A stretch of DNA of 58,924 nt, counting the filler, from Sphacelaria rigidula (lineage: Eukaryota), in NCBI GenBank assembly GCA_964200075.2. It is 3 parts of 3 records of this genome, joined end to end, with 100 filler letters (N's around TTAATTAATTAA, not from the genome) between each part and the next. Parts side by side here need not be neighbours in the genome. Positions count along the whole stretch, not along the records: positions 19,681 to 39,259 come from CAXNAA020000644.1; positions 39,360 to 58,924 come from CAXNAA020000645.1; 1 more part is not named here. The stretch is one strand, 5' to 3'. The stretch's first letter is position 1. Each line of letters starts with the position of its first letter. The notes below the pieces were generated by a model, which was given only the letters and a program-made list of their open reading frames with translations, was not told the origin of the DNA and ran no database searches. Shown piece by piece: positions 37,419 through 48,930 of this stretch. Made by a program: the position numbers and the translations under genes.

Positions 37419-39182
37419 TATGACATTTTGTGTGAAGAATCACTAGGGCACAAGAACAAAAGCAGAAAAAAAATGTCATTTTTTTAAATGACTTGGCCGT
37501 TCGTCGTGGAAAATACAAGATTGGTCAAAAACAAAACTGTGACCTACGGGAAAAAGACGCAAAGGTGCCTTGGAACGTTCTTTATGGGTAGAGCAAGTCA
37601 TTCCAACGTGTCAACATCCGCCTGGTCCTCTCTTCGGGAAAAAACGACAAAGAGAAGTCAAAGAGGCGCTTGTGAAAAACATTCTTCGAACCCATGAGAA
37701 GTGGCCTTAGCCGGCGACATTATGTCATTTGTTGAATCGATATCAATTTCACTCGAAAAAGTATGCGTGGTCCGGATGAACTACCCTCGCGGTCCAAGGA
37801 TCAAGAGCGATTTATTGGAAGGACCAATTTCCCACGAGAACGTTTTTGACTCACAAAAAAATGATGAAAATTAAGGGCCCACATCATTCTTGTTTTCAGT
37901 ATGCCCTTGCGACCCTACATACAAAATTTCAAAGCACAACAAAAAAATTGAACTGAGAACCCGAGCTAAGGGCCAAAAATCAAACGTCCATTTTTCGCTG
38001 AAACGCCCCCAAGACTTGACAAAACTGAATGAAAATAATTTCCCAATACGCAGTAGCAATTCTCCATACCAAATTTTAAAGCACAACTCTCAAGACAGAC
38101 GCAATATCTAGATGTACTGCATTTACCACCACTACTCGTAATATTTTGAGCTTGGCATGGAATCTTATGTGCGCCATATCTCTAGATAGATGACGGATAA
38201 GGGAAGGTGAGGGTATCGATCGTTTTCTCGTGCTCCAGGGATTCTTCACCCCCCAAATCGTCTTCATCCGCTGTAGATATCGTTCGAGGTTTCACATACA
38301 GTACAGAGATATTTCCGTACGGTATAGGAATATTTCGATATGGCGTTCGAAAAAATCCAACCTTCATTTTCCGACAAAAACGTCCTTGAATCATGAAAAA
38401 TATGTACCTAAACTGCATCGGTGTGATATGGCTGATAGCTTAAACCCGTTCCTAGGCTGGTCCAGGTCGTAGTGTACAACTTACAACTTTGCGAAAACCT
38501 CGTTCTACTTGGCGTAACCGTGTGCATTGCTCCTTCCCATACGAAAGCATCAACAAGCGAAGAGGGGTCCTAAGGCTCCACTACTCCACGACAGTATGGC
38601 AATAAGAAAGCAGTTGGCCAAGATACATAGATGTAAAGAATGAACGGCGATGGATACCATCGGATATTTAATACTGAGCAGACACGAAAAAACATGTGAC
38701 GCCCAGGGTCGCGCTGATTTTACTGCGTGCACACCCACAAACCTCTCACATACACTTCGTAAATGTACGTCGCATTGAAGCGTGGACGAACGAGGCTGCA
38801 AACACAACCCTGTACTATTTGTTATGAGGACGAATCCCGAATCTGCAGAGAACAATCTGTGCAAAATTGGGGTGACACATATACGTGGAAGTCAGATTTG
38901 GAGGGGGGGCATTACGGTTTCACAGGTTTGTTGAAAACGTTCTGCACACGGGCGGTCATTTTTTACAGGGGTGTGGTATCGGATTCACAGTGAAGCCGAA
39001 GAAACAGGCAGGCAGTGAATCGTTCTTCAAGAGCTTCCCTAGAAATACATTTCAGTAAACTCCACCCATCACAGTACAGTGGGGGTCACGCTTCAAAAGA
39101 GGTCAAGAAAGCTTGGCACACCACTCTCTTAAACCGGAGCCATTATCTTGAACCGAACTCTCTTTTCTCTTCACCAGAGCTC

Positions 39183-39259
39183 GATCGCCCCGGTGGCTCA
39201 GTTGGTAACCTCGTAACCTTCTGATCGTTGAGTAGGGGGGTTCGATTCCCGGAGCGATC
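39183..39259 (+). mobile_element. tRNA-like head of a SINE, truncated by the contig end
   Basis: GATCGCCCCGGTGGCTCAGTTGG (A box) ... GGTTCGATTCC (B box) ... GGAGCGATC. Same family as 1885-2252. Confidence 0.75.
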
Positions 39260-39359
39260 NNNNNNNNNNNNNNNNNNNNNNNNNNNNNNNNNNNNNNNNN
39301 NNNTTAATTAATTAANNNNNNNNNNNNNNNNNNNNNNNNNNNNNNNNNNNNNNNNNNNN
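39260..39359. other. Artificial contig-joining spacer (44 N + TTAATTAATTAA + 44 N)
   Basis: Identical design to 19581-19680; the 12-mer is at 39304-39315. Confidence 0.97.
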
Positions 39360-39360
39360 G

Positions 39361-39425
39361 GTGCTCCGTCGCGAAAGGGATGGGTGGTCAATGGTCAAAC
39401 GACTAAGGCAAGCAACAAATGAGTC
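39361..39425 (+). repeat. Short repeat family C (gctccgtc.cgaaagggatg.gtggtcaatggtcaaac.actaaggcaagcaac.aatgagt)
   Basis: Also present twice in tandem at 58722-58848 and inverted at 51648-51712. Confidence 0.85.
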
Positions 39426-39444
39426 CCCCCCCCCCCCCCCCCTT

Positions 39445-39554
39445 GGAGGGGATCCCAGGTGCATGTGTACCAACGAAGACCCCAATCATGATGAGTACAC
39501 CCCCCCCTGGAGGGGATCCCAGGTGCATGTGTACCGACGAAGACACCAATCATG
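39445..39554 (+). repeat. Tandem duplication, period about 64 bp
   Basis: ggaggggatcccaggtgcatgtgtacc.acgaagac.ccaatcatg starts at 39445 and again at 39509. Confidence 0.85.
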
Positions 39555-39663
39555 CGGCCTTGAGGCATGATGAAAAAAAGGTGAAACAAGCCAACCTGTC
39601 ACCTTCTGCTTTTCAGAATGAAAACCAAATATTGAATATTTGTTCGAATACCGCAAACCGCAC

Positions 39664-42600
39664 CTCACAAGTGCTTCCTCCTGCCCTCCCGCAAAGCCTT
39701 CCATTCCTGCAGGAAACCCAGTGACGCCTCCGCCCCCCCCGCCCATGGCCATTCCACCGTGCGCCTCAGCGATGGCGTATACATCGAGAGCGCTGATCTT
39801 CGAGAGGGCCGGAGCCTTGTCTATCACTTCCATCATTAGATCCAGACCTGCTTCACCCAGCAGGTCGAACAGAGTGCCCTGCAACATACATTCCATTTCG
39901 TGGGGGTTGACAAGGCGGTAGTGACAGTGGGGTGGTGATAAGGGGCGCACGCAAGGAAGGTGAGGTACCGCAATACCCACCGATGAGAGGGTTTCAATTT
40001 CTTTTTTAATGAATGTTACAAACTACAGAGACTGAGCCTGACAGATTGCTATCCAACATAAAGATAGATCCCTACCAGCCTTCAACAACCCGGATATTAA
40101 CGCGGCACCGAAAGCAGTCCAGACCCCGAGGCGATATATGCGAGACGAGATTCTATGGGTACGGCACGATGAGACCGTCACCTGAACTGTTCCTGGGTCC
40201 GATCCTTTGCTCGTAATGTCGATAATAGACGTGGCCATGTCTACAGGGGAAAGACCAACGCCTCCCTGCTGGGCATGGAATTGCATACACCTGCGAACAC
40301 ACACACACAACGGTAGCCCAAGTGCAAAAATGTATGAACGAACACATTATACAGAGTCAATGTATGCGGTAAGATTATGATCATCGTTTCGGACCATTTT
40401 CTCCCGCAACTATCATCTCCAAGAGAAGCAACCTCCGCGGGCCAACCCGTGCAGGGAGTGTACGCCGCCGTACCGTCAACGAGTTTGAGCCATACCGGAT
40501 ATGCCGTGGATGGCGACGAGAGCTACCGGAAGACAAAATTCAACATACCAAGGGCAGGTCGGGCAGGGTATACTACCCAATATTCTGGGATTTTGAGGAG
40601 TTGCACATCACCTGCCCAAGTCAGTGACAGTGACTTGCACGGGCTTTAGAGAGGGGAAGAAATGCGCTGGGCTGGCTGCTGCGGCACGGCATGGGTCCGA
40701 TCTCCACTTTTCCAAACACCCTACCCGACCTGCCCTTGCAACACACATAAATCATGGCGAGAAAACGGGGCCAACAGTCACATCGACGTGAAGATTCTGC
40801 TCCCCACCATAGCTGCGCTCGAGCTCCGGTACGCAAAAGTAACCAAAAACAGTAACAAGTACGGAAACTCCACTCCAACCTTCCCCCCGCTCATGCCGCC
40901 TGGACAGCAGGGAGATTCTCTCTCACGACAAAACCTGTCCCGACAAAGCGCTTTGGAACCATCGTCCTACACACAGCGTGTATCTAGCGACCGACGCCGT
41001 GTCACTCAACTCCTACTGGTATATGCAACACGAGGAAGTTCGCCGCAACGCGAACAGTTTCCGTCGCACCTGGAATACAACCACCCGGCGTCCACACCCC
41101 CCGGCGCATCCACATGCTTTTCGCCCCTTGACCCTCCCTTTTCCGGTGCATGCACAACTTCACGTCCACTAGACTTCGTCTCTTCTTCGACTCCCGCACC
41201 TTTCTCCCGTGCCAACACTCCCGCCACAGCCGAATAGTTCCCCTTGCCGACTTCAGCTGTTGATGATGATGGTGCTGACCCTTCGGGTTTCGGTTCTACG
41301 TGAACCTGACTGTTCGCGGCCGCGAGCCGGTCGCGGATGAACGCGAAGCCACCAGGAAACGCGCGATCCAGCTCATCGTCATCGTCGTTTTCACCGTATT
41401 CGCGACCTTGCTCCGCCTTTCCTTTCCCATACAAGTCAAAGTTGAAGGCTATGTGGTCGCCGTAGCTAGGTGCGGCAGCCTGCTGCACGACGACGCGGTC
41501 GGGGAAAAAGGATAGAAGCGGAGTGAAACGAAACATGAGATGCGGCAACCTTTTACCCTCCTGGTGTGAAGAATGCCTCCCTAGCAAATGTTGGTGGTTC
41601 GCCACGCTCAAATTATCGCTGCTGTACCCAGTGCTAGTTATTGATTTTGCAAGCTAAGTCCCTGAACTGCGGACTGCGGCACCCTCTGAATAATAAGCTT
41701 GGATTCTCAGGCATTGCTACAACAATATTTCGAGTCTGCGGAACACAAGAGTGGACTGCAAGCTATTTGACAACATCATTGTGTCGGATTATTGTAATTC
41801 AAAGCTTGCTCCTACCGTTACTGATCCAGGGCGCGCAGCACCGGAATTGGCGCCTGTCGCGGCTGCTGCCCGTACACGCGCCCGCCTCCATGTGTGGAGC
41901 TCCCTAGCGAGGGACTGCGCCTTCTCCCAATCTTTCGTGGGCACCTTACCCACAACTAGCTCCAGGTCCCTGGTAGATGGTGGTATCCCGTGACACAGTT
42001 CGGAGACGAGCAGGTAAGTCATCCCTAGGTGACGGCCGGACAAACGCGAATGGCATCCCTCTGCCACGGTGCCACGATGGCGACGTGGTCAAACGCATCG
42101 TCATATGGTCCGCGTACACACCGCATCAAATCTGGTCGTAATATTGCACATTTTGTTATTGATTGTCGCACTTTAACTGACCCCCCAGGGGTCCAGCCGT
42201 AGTCTCGTGATAGACGTCCCCAAAAAAAACGAAACTAGAACACGCTGTAAGAAGAAGAAAAAAAGGAATAGAAAAAAGGGGGGGTGTCGAACAGAACGAC
42301 ATGGCAGACTAAGTCAACACACATGAATGGACAATTCCCTACAACCGGTAGCCGGATTCTGAGAAAGGTAAGATCAACCACCATGCGCCCTTGACTCCTC
42401 GGCGCGCCCACGGTGGCGCAAACCAAGCGTAGGCGCTGGCTAACAACAGGCTTTCACAGCTCCCTGCTTCCCCGGAGCATTCTCTATTGTAACACGTGGG
42501 TACGAGCGCGCCAGCCACGCGCTCATAAGCGACGGCCTTAACCTTTGCCTGGGGTATGGCAACACAGATTATTTGCCATCATCACAATGCACTATCGTGG

Positions 42601-43677
42601 ACCAGCACACAGCATATTTCCTCGGCGCTCACCTTCGTACTTGCTGCGTCGCATCCCGCCCCTGATTGATGGCTCGAAAAAGCGCGCGATCTGCTTGAGG
42701 AAAAGCTGCCCCATCGTCACCCCCTGCTAGCTTCCCGGCAAGCCTTACAAAGCTGACGCGAATGAAAACGCAAGACGGCTACTATTCAACACGGTTGATT
42801 GATAGGTGGTGGTTGTCAATCCTGTTTCTTCGCCCGGCCACTGCCCAGAAACGAGTAACAGCCGACTCTGGCAGAGCAAGTACAACGCGACCCATCCGTC
42901 CTCTGCAGCAGTGGTTGCTTTCTGCTGAACAAGAAACTCCCGGTATGCACGAAATCATTCGCGTACGAAGGATACCAGGGGCTGATCCTTCGATATCACC
43001 GCATCTCGGACAAAGAAGTTGGTATGTCCCCATATTCCCGAATAAAGCGTGTTGACTCTTGCCCGAGGCTAGGGCAACCGAACATGATGTGCAAAACCAC
43101 GCGAAACCCCCTTTCGGTTGCGTGCTCACCTGCGGAATTTCTCCTGCTCTGCAGTGGCCCTCTGTGCCTCACTGCTGGGCACCCTCTCTGTGAACGTACT
43201 CCAAGTAAACGGGGCAGATGAGCGTTCGTCGGCCTGGCTTTTCCACTCCGACTCCGTTCTGCTCCACGGTTACAGCGAACAGCGGTTGCAGCAATAAGCA
43301 GCAATAGCGACTCTCGTACCGACCGCGGGTACAGGTAGCCAATAGCTCTCACAGAAAGCGGTGATGCGCCGGCCATTCTTTTCAACTTACCCTTCACTAT
43401 CTCCGTCCTTCATTCGATGACGAATGCCGCGCATTGTGGGGGCTGCACGCTACACACGTGACCCAACTCGTCAGAGCAAACTACACCACGCCGTGAGAAT
43501 AACGGGCGCGAGAACGATAGCAGTGTATTTTTCAGGTAAAGGGCAAAGTCTACTCGACATTATACAACAACAAAAAAAGAGGGGATGTGGCACAAGGGAG
43601 TGCGGAGATTGTTGCTGCTTTCGTGTTCGCCACTTCCTCACGAGAACCGGCTTCACGTCTTTGGGGAAGTATTCCAT
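39664..43677 (-). CDS. ASCC3: N-terminal part (~410 aa, 8 exons) of an ASCC3/Slh1-like Ski2-family helicase; helicase cassettes lie beyond the contig end
   Basis: Phase-consistent exons: 43677-43642, 43449-43391, 43258-43130, 42752-42633, 41969-~41816, 41482-41070, 40290-40182, 39878-~39664. The peptides FTWSTF...KFRSFVRLAGKLAGG, DLELVVGKVP...AQSLARELHTW and GWLYSRC...LSPVDMATSIIDI...VQGTLFDLLGEAGLDLMMEVI resemble the ASCC3/DExH14 N-terminal region (recognised from memory). The first two exons are less certain. Confidence 0.65.
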
Positions 43678-43804
43678 GGTTCGAACGCATAAAATCGTGA
43701 TTCGACTCATATTCAACATTTGCACAAATCAATCATACGATTCGTACACAAGTTGTGATTTGTACATTATCTGGGTTCGTGGTTCGTGCGGTACACCGTC
43801 AAAG

Positions 43805-44975
43805 GCACACGTTTCCCATCTTCCATTCGCATGGCGTGAATCGTAGATGCATGTTTCCCAATTCATTCAGCATGAATCATGGGCACACGTTCCCCACCTT
43901 CCATTCATACGCGGTGAATCACGCGTGCATAATTCACACTATCGGTTCATGCATCATCAATCATAGGTACATGCTCCCCACCTTCCTTTCATACGAGACA
44001 AATCAAGCGTACATGCTTCCCATTTTCCATTCATGCGGCATGAATCACACGTACACGTTCCCTACCTTCCATTCATACAAGATGGATCAAGTGTATATGC
44101 TTCCCACTTTTCATTTATGCAGCGCGAATCATGCGTACATGCTCTCCACCTTCTGTTCATATGACATAAATCATGTCAACATGTTGTTCCCCACCTGTCA
44201 TTTCATGGGGCGCGACTCTTCGGTGGCGCGGCCCTTTTGCAGGTGGGGTAGGAAAATAAGATCCGAACCCGCAATAAACTCAATTTCAATTTTTGTACTC
44301 ACACAGAACACATGAATTATGGTAGTACAACACACGCGTCTGCGTGCCTAGAGCGTTTTTTCTAGCCAGTTCTTCCCCCGGACCTATGCTTTTGACAGCC
44401 TTTGTGGTTTTATGTTGTGTTCTGTGTTACAGTTGACCTGAACATACTGTATCCAATACCACGAACACTTGCGAAGAACACAGCACCAGCACGAGTTGTC
44501 CTCGCATGCTCGCGGGAGTTTTCGGTAAAACGCCGGCAGCTTACTCTGCAGTCCGCGGACAGTACGGTACAGTATGGCACAGCAAGCATCTGCGCACCTA
44601 GAGTGATTCTTCCAGCTGTTTATTTTCCTAAGAATATCATTCAGCATGAATCACGTGAACTACGTACATGATTTCTACCTTCGATCCATACGAGGTGAAT
44701 CAAGCGTACATTTATCTCCCCTTTCATCCATGCAGCAAGGTTCATAGGTACGCCTTCTACACCTTCCATTCATACAAAGTGAATCACGCGCACATGTGTC
44801 CCAATTTCCGTTCATGCAGCATGAACCATACGTACATGTTCTCTGCCTCCCATTCATACGGGGTGAACCATACGTATATTCCCAATCTACGTTCATACAG
44901 CAGGAATCGTACGTGTATGTTCCCTACCTTCGATTAGTACGAGATGAATCAAGTGTACATGCTTCCCACCCAAGA
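43805..44975 (+). repeat. 42-bp tandem array (about 18 degenerate units), interrupted by a 430-bp insertion
   Basis: Unit approximates GTGAATCACGCGTACATGTTCCCCACCTTCCATTCATACGAG. Blocks are 43805-44206 and 44641-44975. The insert 44207-44636 is flanked by TCAT on both sides. Confidence 0.85.
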
Positions 44976-46494
44976 TTCACGTAGTAAGTATGATTTATAC
45001 ATATTTTGTACTCTTGCTTCGTCTGATACTACTTCGAGTGTACGAGCTGGGCCACCGGACAGTGATTTTTCAATGTTTCTGGACGCGGCTGTGGGCGATT
45101 CGAGAGGCTGGGCGCTGAGCTTTTGATATGACATTTTCATCATCAATACGCACAACATCACGCGGGATGCTGCGAAAAAAACAGAGAAAGTTAAATCGAT
45201 TTGAAGTTTCTGCAAAAGGTGGGAAAATTCTATCACTCCGTGAAAATAAATAAATACATCGGTATCCCTCGTGTTGGCGCAATTTCGGCCAAAGCTTCCT
45301 AAAATTCGGCCCAGGCGGGCACTTTTTGTGTGACACCGCTACACTCCTTCAATCCAAGTGATACAGGAGACTCCAGTTATGGAGGTCACGAGTTCAAATC
45401 CCGACATACTCCTTTTTTTTTGTTCCGTCGGTAAAGTTATACATTATGCAGTACACTTTCTTTCATTTTTTGGTTTATTCAGCGACGGGGCCGTGCGTTA
45501 CCAGGTTGGTCTGAGGTTCACACCGATACGCTCAAGTCGGGCTGATTTGGTAAGCTTGATGAGTTGTGTTGTGATATGCAAATGCGGGATTTACTGCTGG
45601 CCCAGCTCGTACACATTCCCAGTCTGTGATTCGTGCGATTTGACCTTGAACATACAAGTTTAACATCAGCGATTCATAACGAATGACTCTTTGGTGCATA
45701 ATTCGCATTCAACGTTCATGGAGAATCAACCCGTACGAACTCTGATTCGTCCAAACGGTGAAGTACTCACCGCCCAAGTGTGCACTGTTGTACATAAAAT
45801 CGGCCCAGAAACCTAACAGGGGGTAACTATAGAGGGGGTTTACATTTTTTCTTTCGTACCACAATATTTGTGATTGCATGCTCCATCACGTCCGTTGATC
45901 ACCGTCTTTTGATTTTGGAGGGTGGTAACAAACGTGATAGTACATCAGTCGCTACACTATACCGCATCGTACGCTACGGCAAAAATGGGGTTATGGTGGA
46001 ACAGTAATTCGAGGCAAATAATCCGTTACAGGGACGAGAAAAGGGATAACAATGCCATAAATGACTGCCACAGCAACAATAATTTCCTTCCAGTCACAAC
46101 TGAGTGCGTGAGAAGAGAAAAGGGGAACAGACCGTTGGTGAATGCAGACTGCCATTCACGAGCCCCTAGCGAGGTGCTGTTCATTATATTGCTGCCCGGT
46201 GTTGTACTGTACTGTACTGTTCATACAGAATACGACCAACATCGGGCTGAGACTTGGTATAATGTTCATAGACGCGCAGGGCGTATCTAAAAGGTGTCCA
46301 AGAAATGACTACGGGCTTCTCGCAAATGGTTACGGGGTCTACGAAGTAGCTTCCTTTGCCATTACCGAGCGACGAAGCCCCTCCGTCATGGGCTCATCAG
46401 AGAAGAAAGTGTCCCGATGGAATGAGGAATGGCTAGGGACGTATACGTTGCCCATTGCCTCGGCCATTGGTTCACTGCTTGTCGCATGTTCACT

Positions 46495-47060
46495 GATCCC
46501 CGAGGCCCAGCCGTGGTCATTGTCCACAAGATGGACGTACCCAAATGTAGAGAAATAAGAAACGCTCGCCAAAAAAATAAAACTGAGGGGAAAAAACAGA
46601 CATAACGAAAAAATAAGTAACTGAGACACAAGAACGAAACGATACAAGATAAGACAAAAACAAAAACAGAAACGAGAACGAGAACAAAAACAAGTAGGGA
46701 CAAGAAACGAACGGGGAGGAAGTAGAGACAGCAACGACACAAAATCTCATTAAGTGAACAACGGAATAAGCCCAGGAATAGCCAACCCCTGCAGCACGGC
46801 TTCAGGTGACAAAACGCCGTGCGCAAGGAGCAGATGCACCTATACACAGGACAAAACAAAATCGCCGTTCGAACAAACTGTGGTTCAGCTACTTCGGACC
46901 ATACTACTTGGACATGAGCTCTCACCCATGAGCCTTATGGAAGCGGGGCACCAAAATGCTACTGTGCAGCACTGGGAGAAGAGAAATATCAAGATATAGA
47001 GTGAGAGGGAAATGGGGAAAGCAAGAGAGACCACAGAAGAAGGAAACTGAGAAAGCGATC
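46495..47060 (+). repeat. Purine-rich dispersed repeat family D (possibly LTR-derived)
   Basis: cccagccgtgg...cgccaaaa...aaactgagggg and gagctctcacccatgagcc...agcactg recur at 55660-55770, 56170-56250 and 56322-56402. Confidence 0.6.
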
Positions 47061-47289
47061 AAACCCAAGAACACAGCGGACCATAGTCGTATACAAAAGG
47101 ACTAACTAGGGAACACCGCAGGACCACAAGCCAAGGGAAAAGTCGACGACCGATAAGAGAGGACCGGGGTCGGATCACTTTTCGTTTTAACCCCGCTTCC
47201 CCATTCATCTCTAGCTGTGTACAAAGCGGGACACTTTCTCGAACATTTTCATCCTGAGTTTCCTGCGAGCTGTTGCTATCGTCGCACCA

Positions 47290-47800
47290 GCAGTGGCGCC
47301 CGTCCGGTTAGCGGCTCTCGATGCACAAGCCTCTCGTCTGCGGCGACGATCAGATTGAGTTTGTCCTCGCGTCGCCCCCGCCCATTTCTCGGCTCCAAGA
47401 TGCCCCATTCATCGCTGCTCTCCGCCGCAGTGATCCAATCGTATGCGTCATTGGCCTCCACTCCGTAGAGAAACCATTTCCGTCGTGCTCCTTTGCGTGG
47501 AAGAGCCCCTGGTGCGCAAGGGTTCTCCTGGAGGCGATCCTTCCAGTGCTCGAGAGGTCGGCCGGCCTCTGTGCAGTTTTCTTCAGCTAGCCGTCCGAAC
47601 ATGATGCGCTCTGGAAGATGCGTTTCGTCACGCCGGACAAGAGCCCGCGTGAACCAGAGTTGGCGCTCGCGGATGGTCGTCTCCATTCGTTCTCAATTTT
47701 TCATGTCGAGCATATTTCTGTACGAAGGAGTCTTGTAGCCAGTTCGCTCTTTCCTGCAGAATCCAACCACCCGCATGAAAGCTTGTGGCGGGAAACGCGC
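47290..47800 (-). mobile_element. 3' fragment of an RTE-type LINE (degenerate ORF C-terminus)
   Basis: Translation FCRKERTGYKTPSYRNMLDMKN*ERMETTIRERQLWFTRALVRRDETHLPERIMFGRL...GRPLEHWKDRL fits the post-RT C-terminal pattern of RTE elements (I..R.L.W.G...R....RLP..I.FG......GRP...W.D). It contains a stop codon. Confidence 0.75.
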
Positions 47801-48253
47801 AGACTCGTCACGTTCTCGGAATGCAGCATCCATGTAGTAAATCCGCACAGCACAGTATACACCAATCCCCTTTTAGGCAGCCAGGGTTTCAGGGGTAGAT
47901 GAGTATCGGCCCATTCAAAGAGATGGGGATTTATGATGCGTTCGGAGGCGTGCTCATGCAGCGCTCATGCGGCGCGTGATCACTCTGTGTATTCGTTTTC
48001 GTTTTATGAAACCCATCAGCCGAAGGCCGAGACATTCATAATGATCCGCGTTTATAGCTATTTGTTCGGCCCGTAAAGTGTAACATGTACGATAATACAA
48101 AGTTAACGATATAGCTTGAAATTTGGAAGCGTCCGGCGTCTGAGGTCCTTCATTTTCATCGATATTTCGATACATCCTGTGTCGATTTGGAAGCATGAAC
48201 ACACGCAGCACGATTCACAGAATATATGTACCAGGCGCTGCACTATAGTTCTA

Positions 48254-48555
48254 CGAACTGGTCGACAAATTCCGTGATCGAGTAAATACTTGGTTTCCGT
48301 GGAGGCGATGACATTCGGATCATTGGGGCGTAGGCAGTCCCAGGTGCCCGCCAGCGTGCGCACGACTTGTTTTTGCTTGAAACGGCGCGCTCTGCCAACG
48401 TACGCTATTCCTGGGACAACGTATGCACCCCAATGCTTGAGGGTTCCCCACATGCCTTGGGTTGGAGTTAGGGTTAGGGTTGTTACAGTTACTGTTAGGG
48501 TTATGGATGGTCAAAAACAGGGTACGGTCTACCACGGAATTTGTCAACCAGTTCG
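48254..48555. mobile_element. ~300-bp TIR element containing TTAGGG repeats
   Basis: CGAACTGGTCGACAAATTCCGTG at the left end; CACGGAATTTGTCAACCAGTTCG at the right end. TTAGGG occurs at 48468, 48474 and 48495. Confidence 0.75.
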
Positions 48556-48751
48556 CGTAAACGTGTTTCATCAGCCGTGACACCATCTGCATGGAGACTG
48601 ATGGCGTCGCCATCGCGACACTTGACACCAGCACGCTCGAACCAACGCGCATTACACGTCAAAAGCGAGGCCGAAATAAGTGCGCTGCACTTACATTTTC
48701 GCCTGTGGAGTACCTGGAACAGGAAACGGGGAATCAGCCGCACTACTACGT

Positions 48752-48930
48752 GCTGTAGCTGTAGCAACTACAGCTGAGATAACCGCCGCAGCAACACGTG
48801 CCATAGGACTAGCAGCAACAGGTGCAGCAATAGACGCAGCAGATACAGCAGCTGCTACTGCTCCAGTAGCATCAGCAGTATTTCTATCCATCGGCGAACG
48901 AGAGCAGTAGTAGCAGCAAGAGCTACTGGA
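48752..48930 (+). repeat. Degenerate (GCA/GTA)n low-complexity tract
   Basis: gtagctgtagcaacta...gcagcaaca...gcagtagtagcagca. Confidence 0.5.

Noticed and set aside
39183-39259. tRNA gene
   Set aside because: The acceptor and anticodon stems do not pair properly, and the sequence matches the head of the SINE at 1885-2252.
35907-43677. ASCC3 N-terminus fused to myosin-Tubby as one gene
   Set aside because: The two are on the same strand but separated by an artificial spacer between apparently unrelated contigs.
43755-44937. 14-aa repeat protein ORFs (NHTYMFPTFHSY..), or a CRISPR array
   Set aside because: The ORFs arise from a 42-bp unit on both strands, contain indels and an insertion, and lack splice context. 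There are no spacers.
48468-48500. True telomere
   Set aside because: Only three TTAGGG units, internal to a TIR-bounded element.
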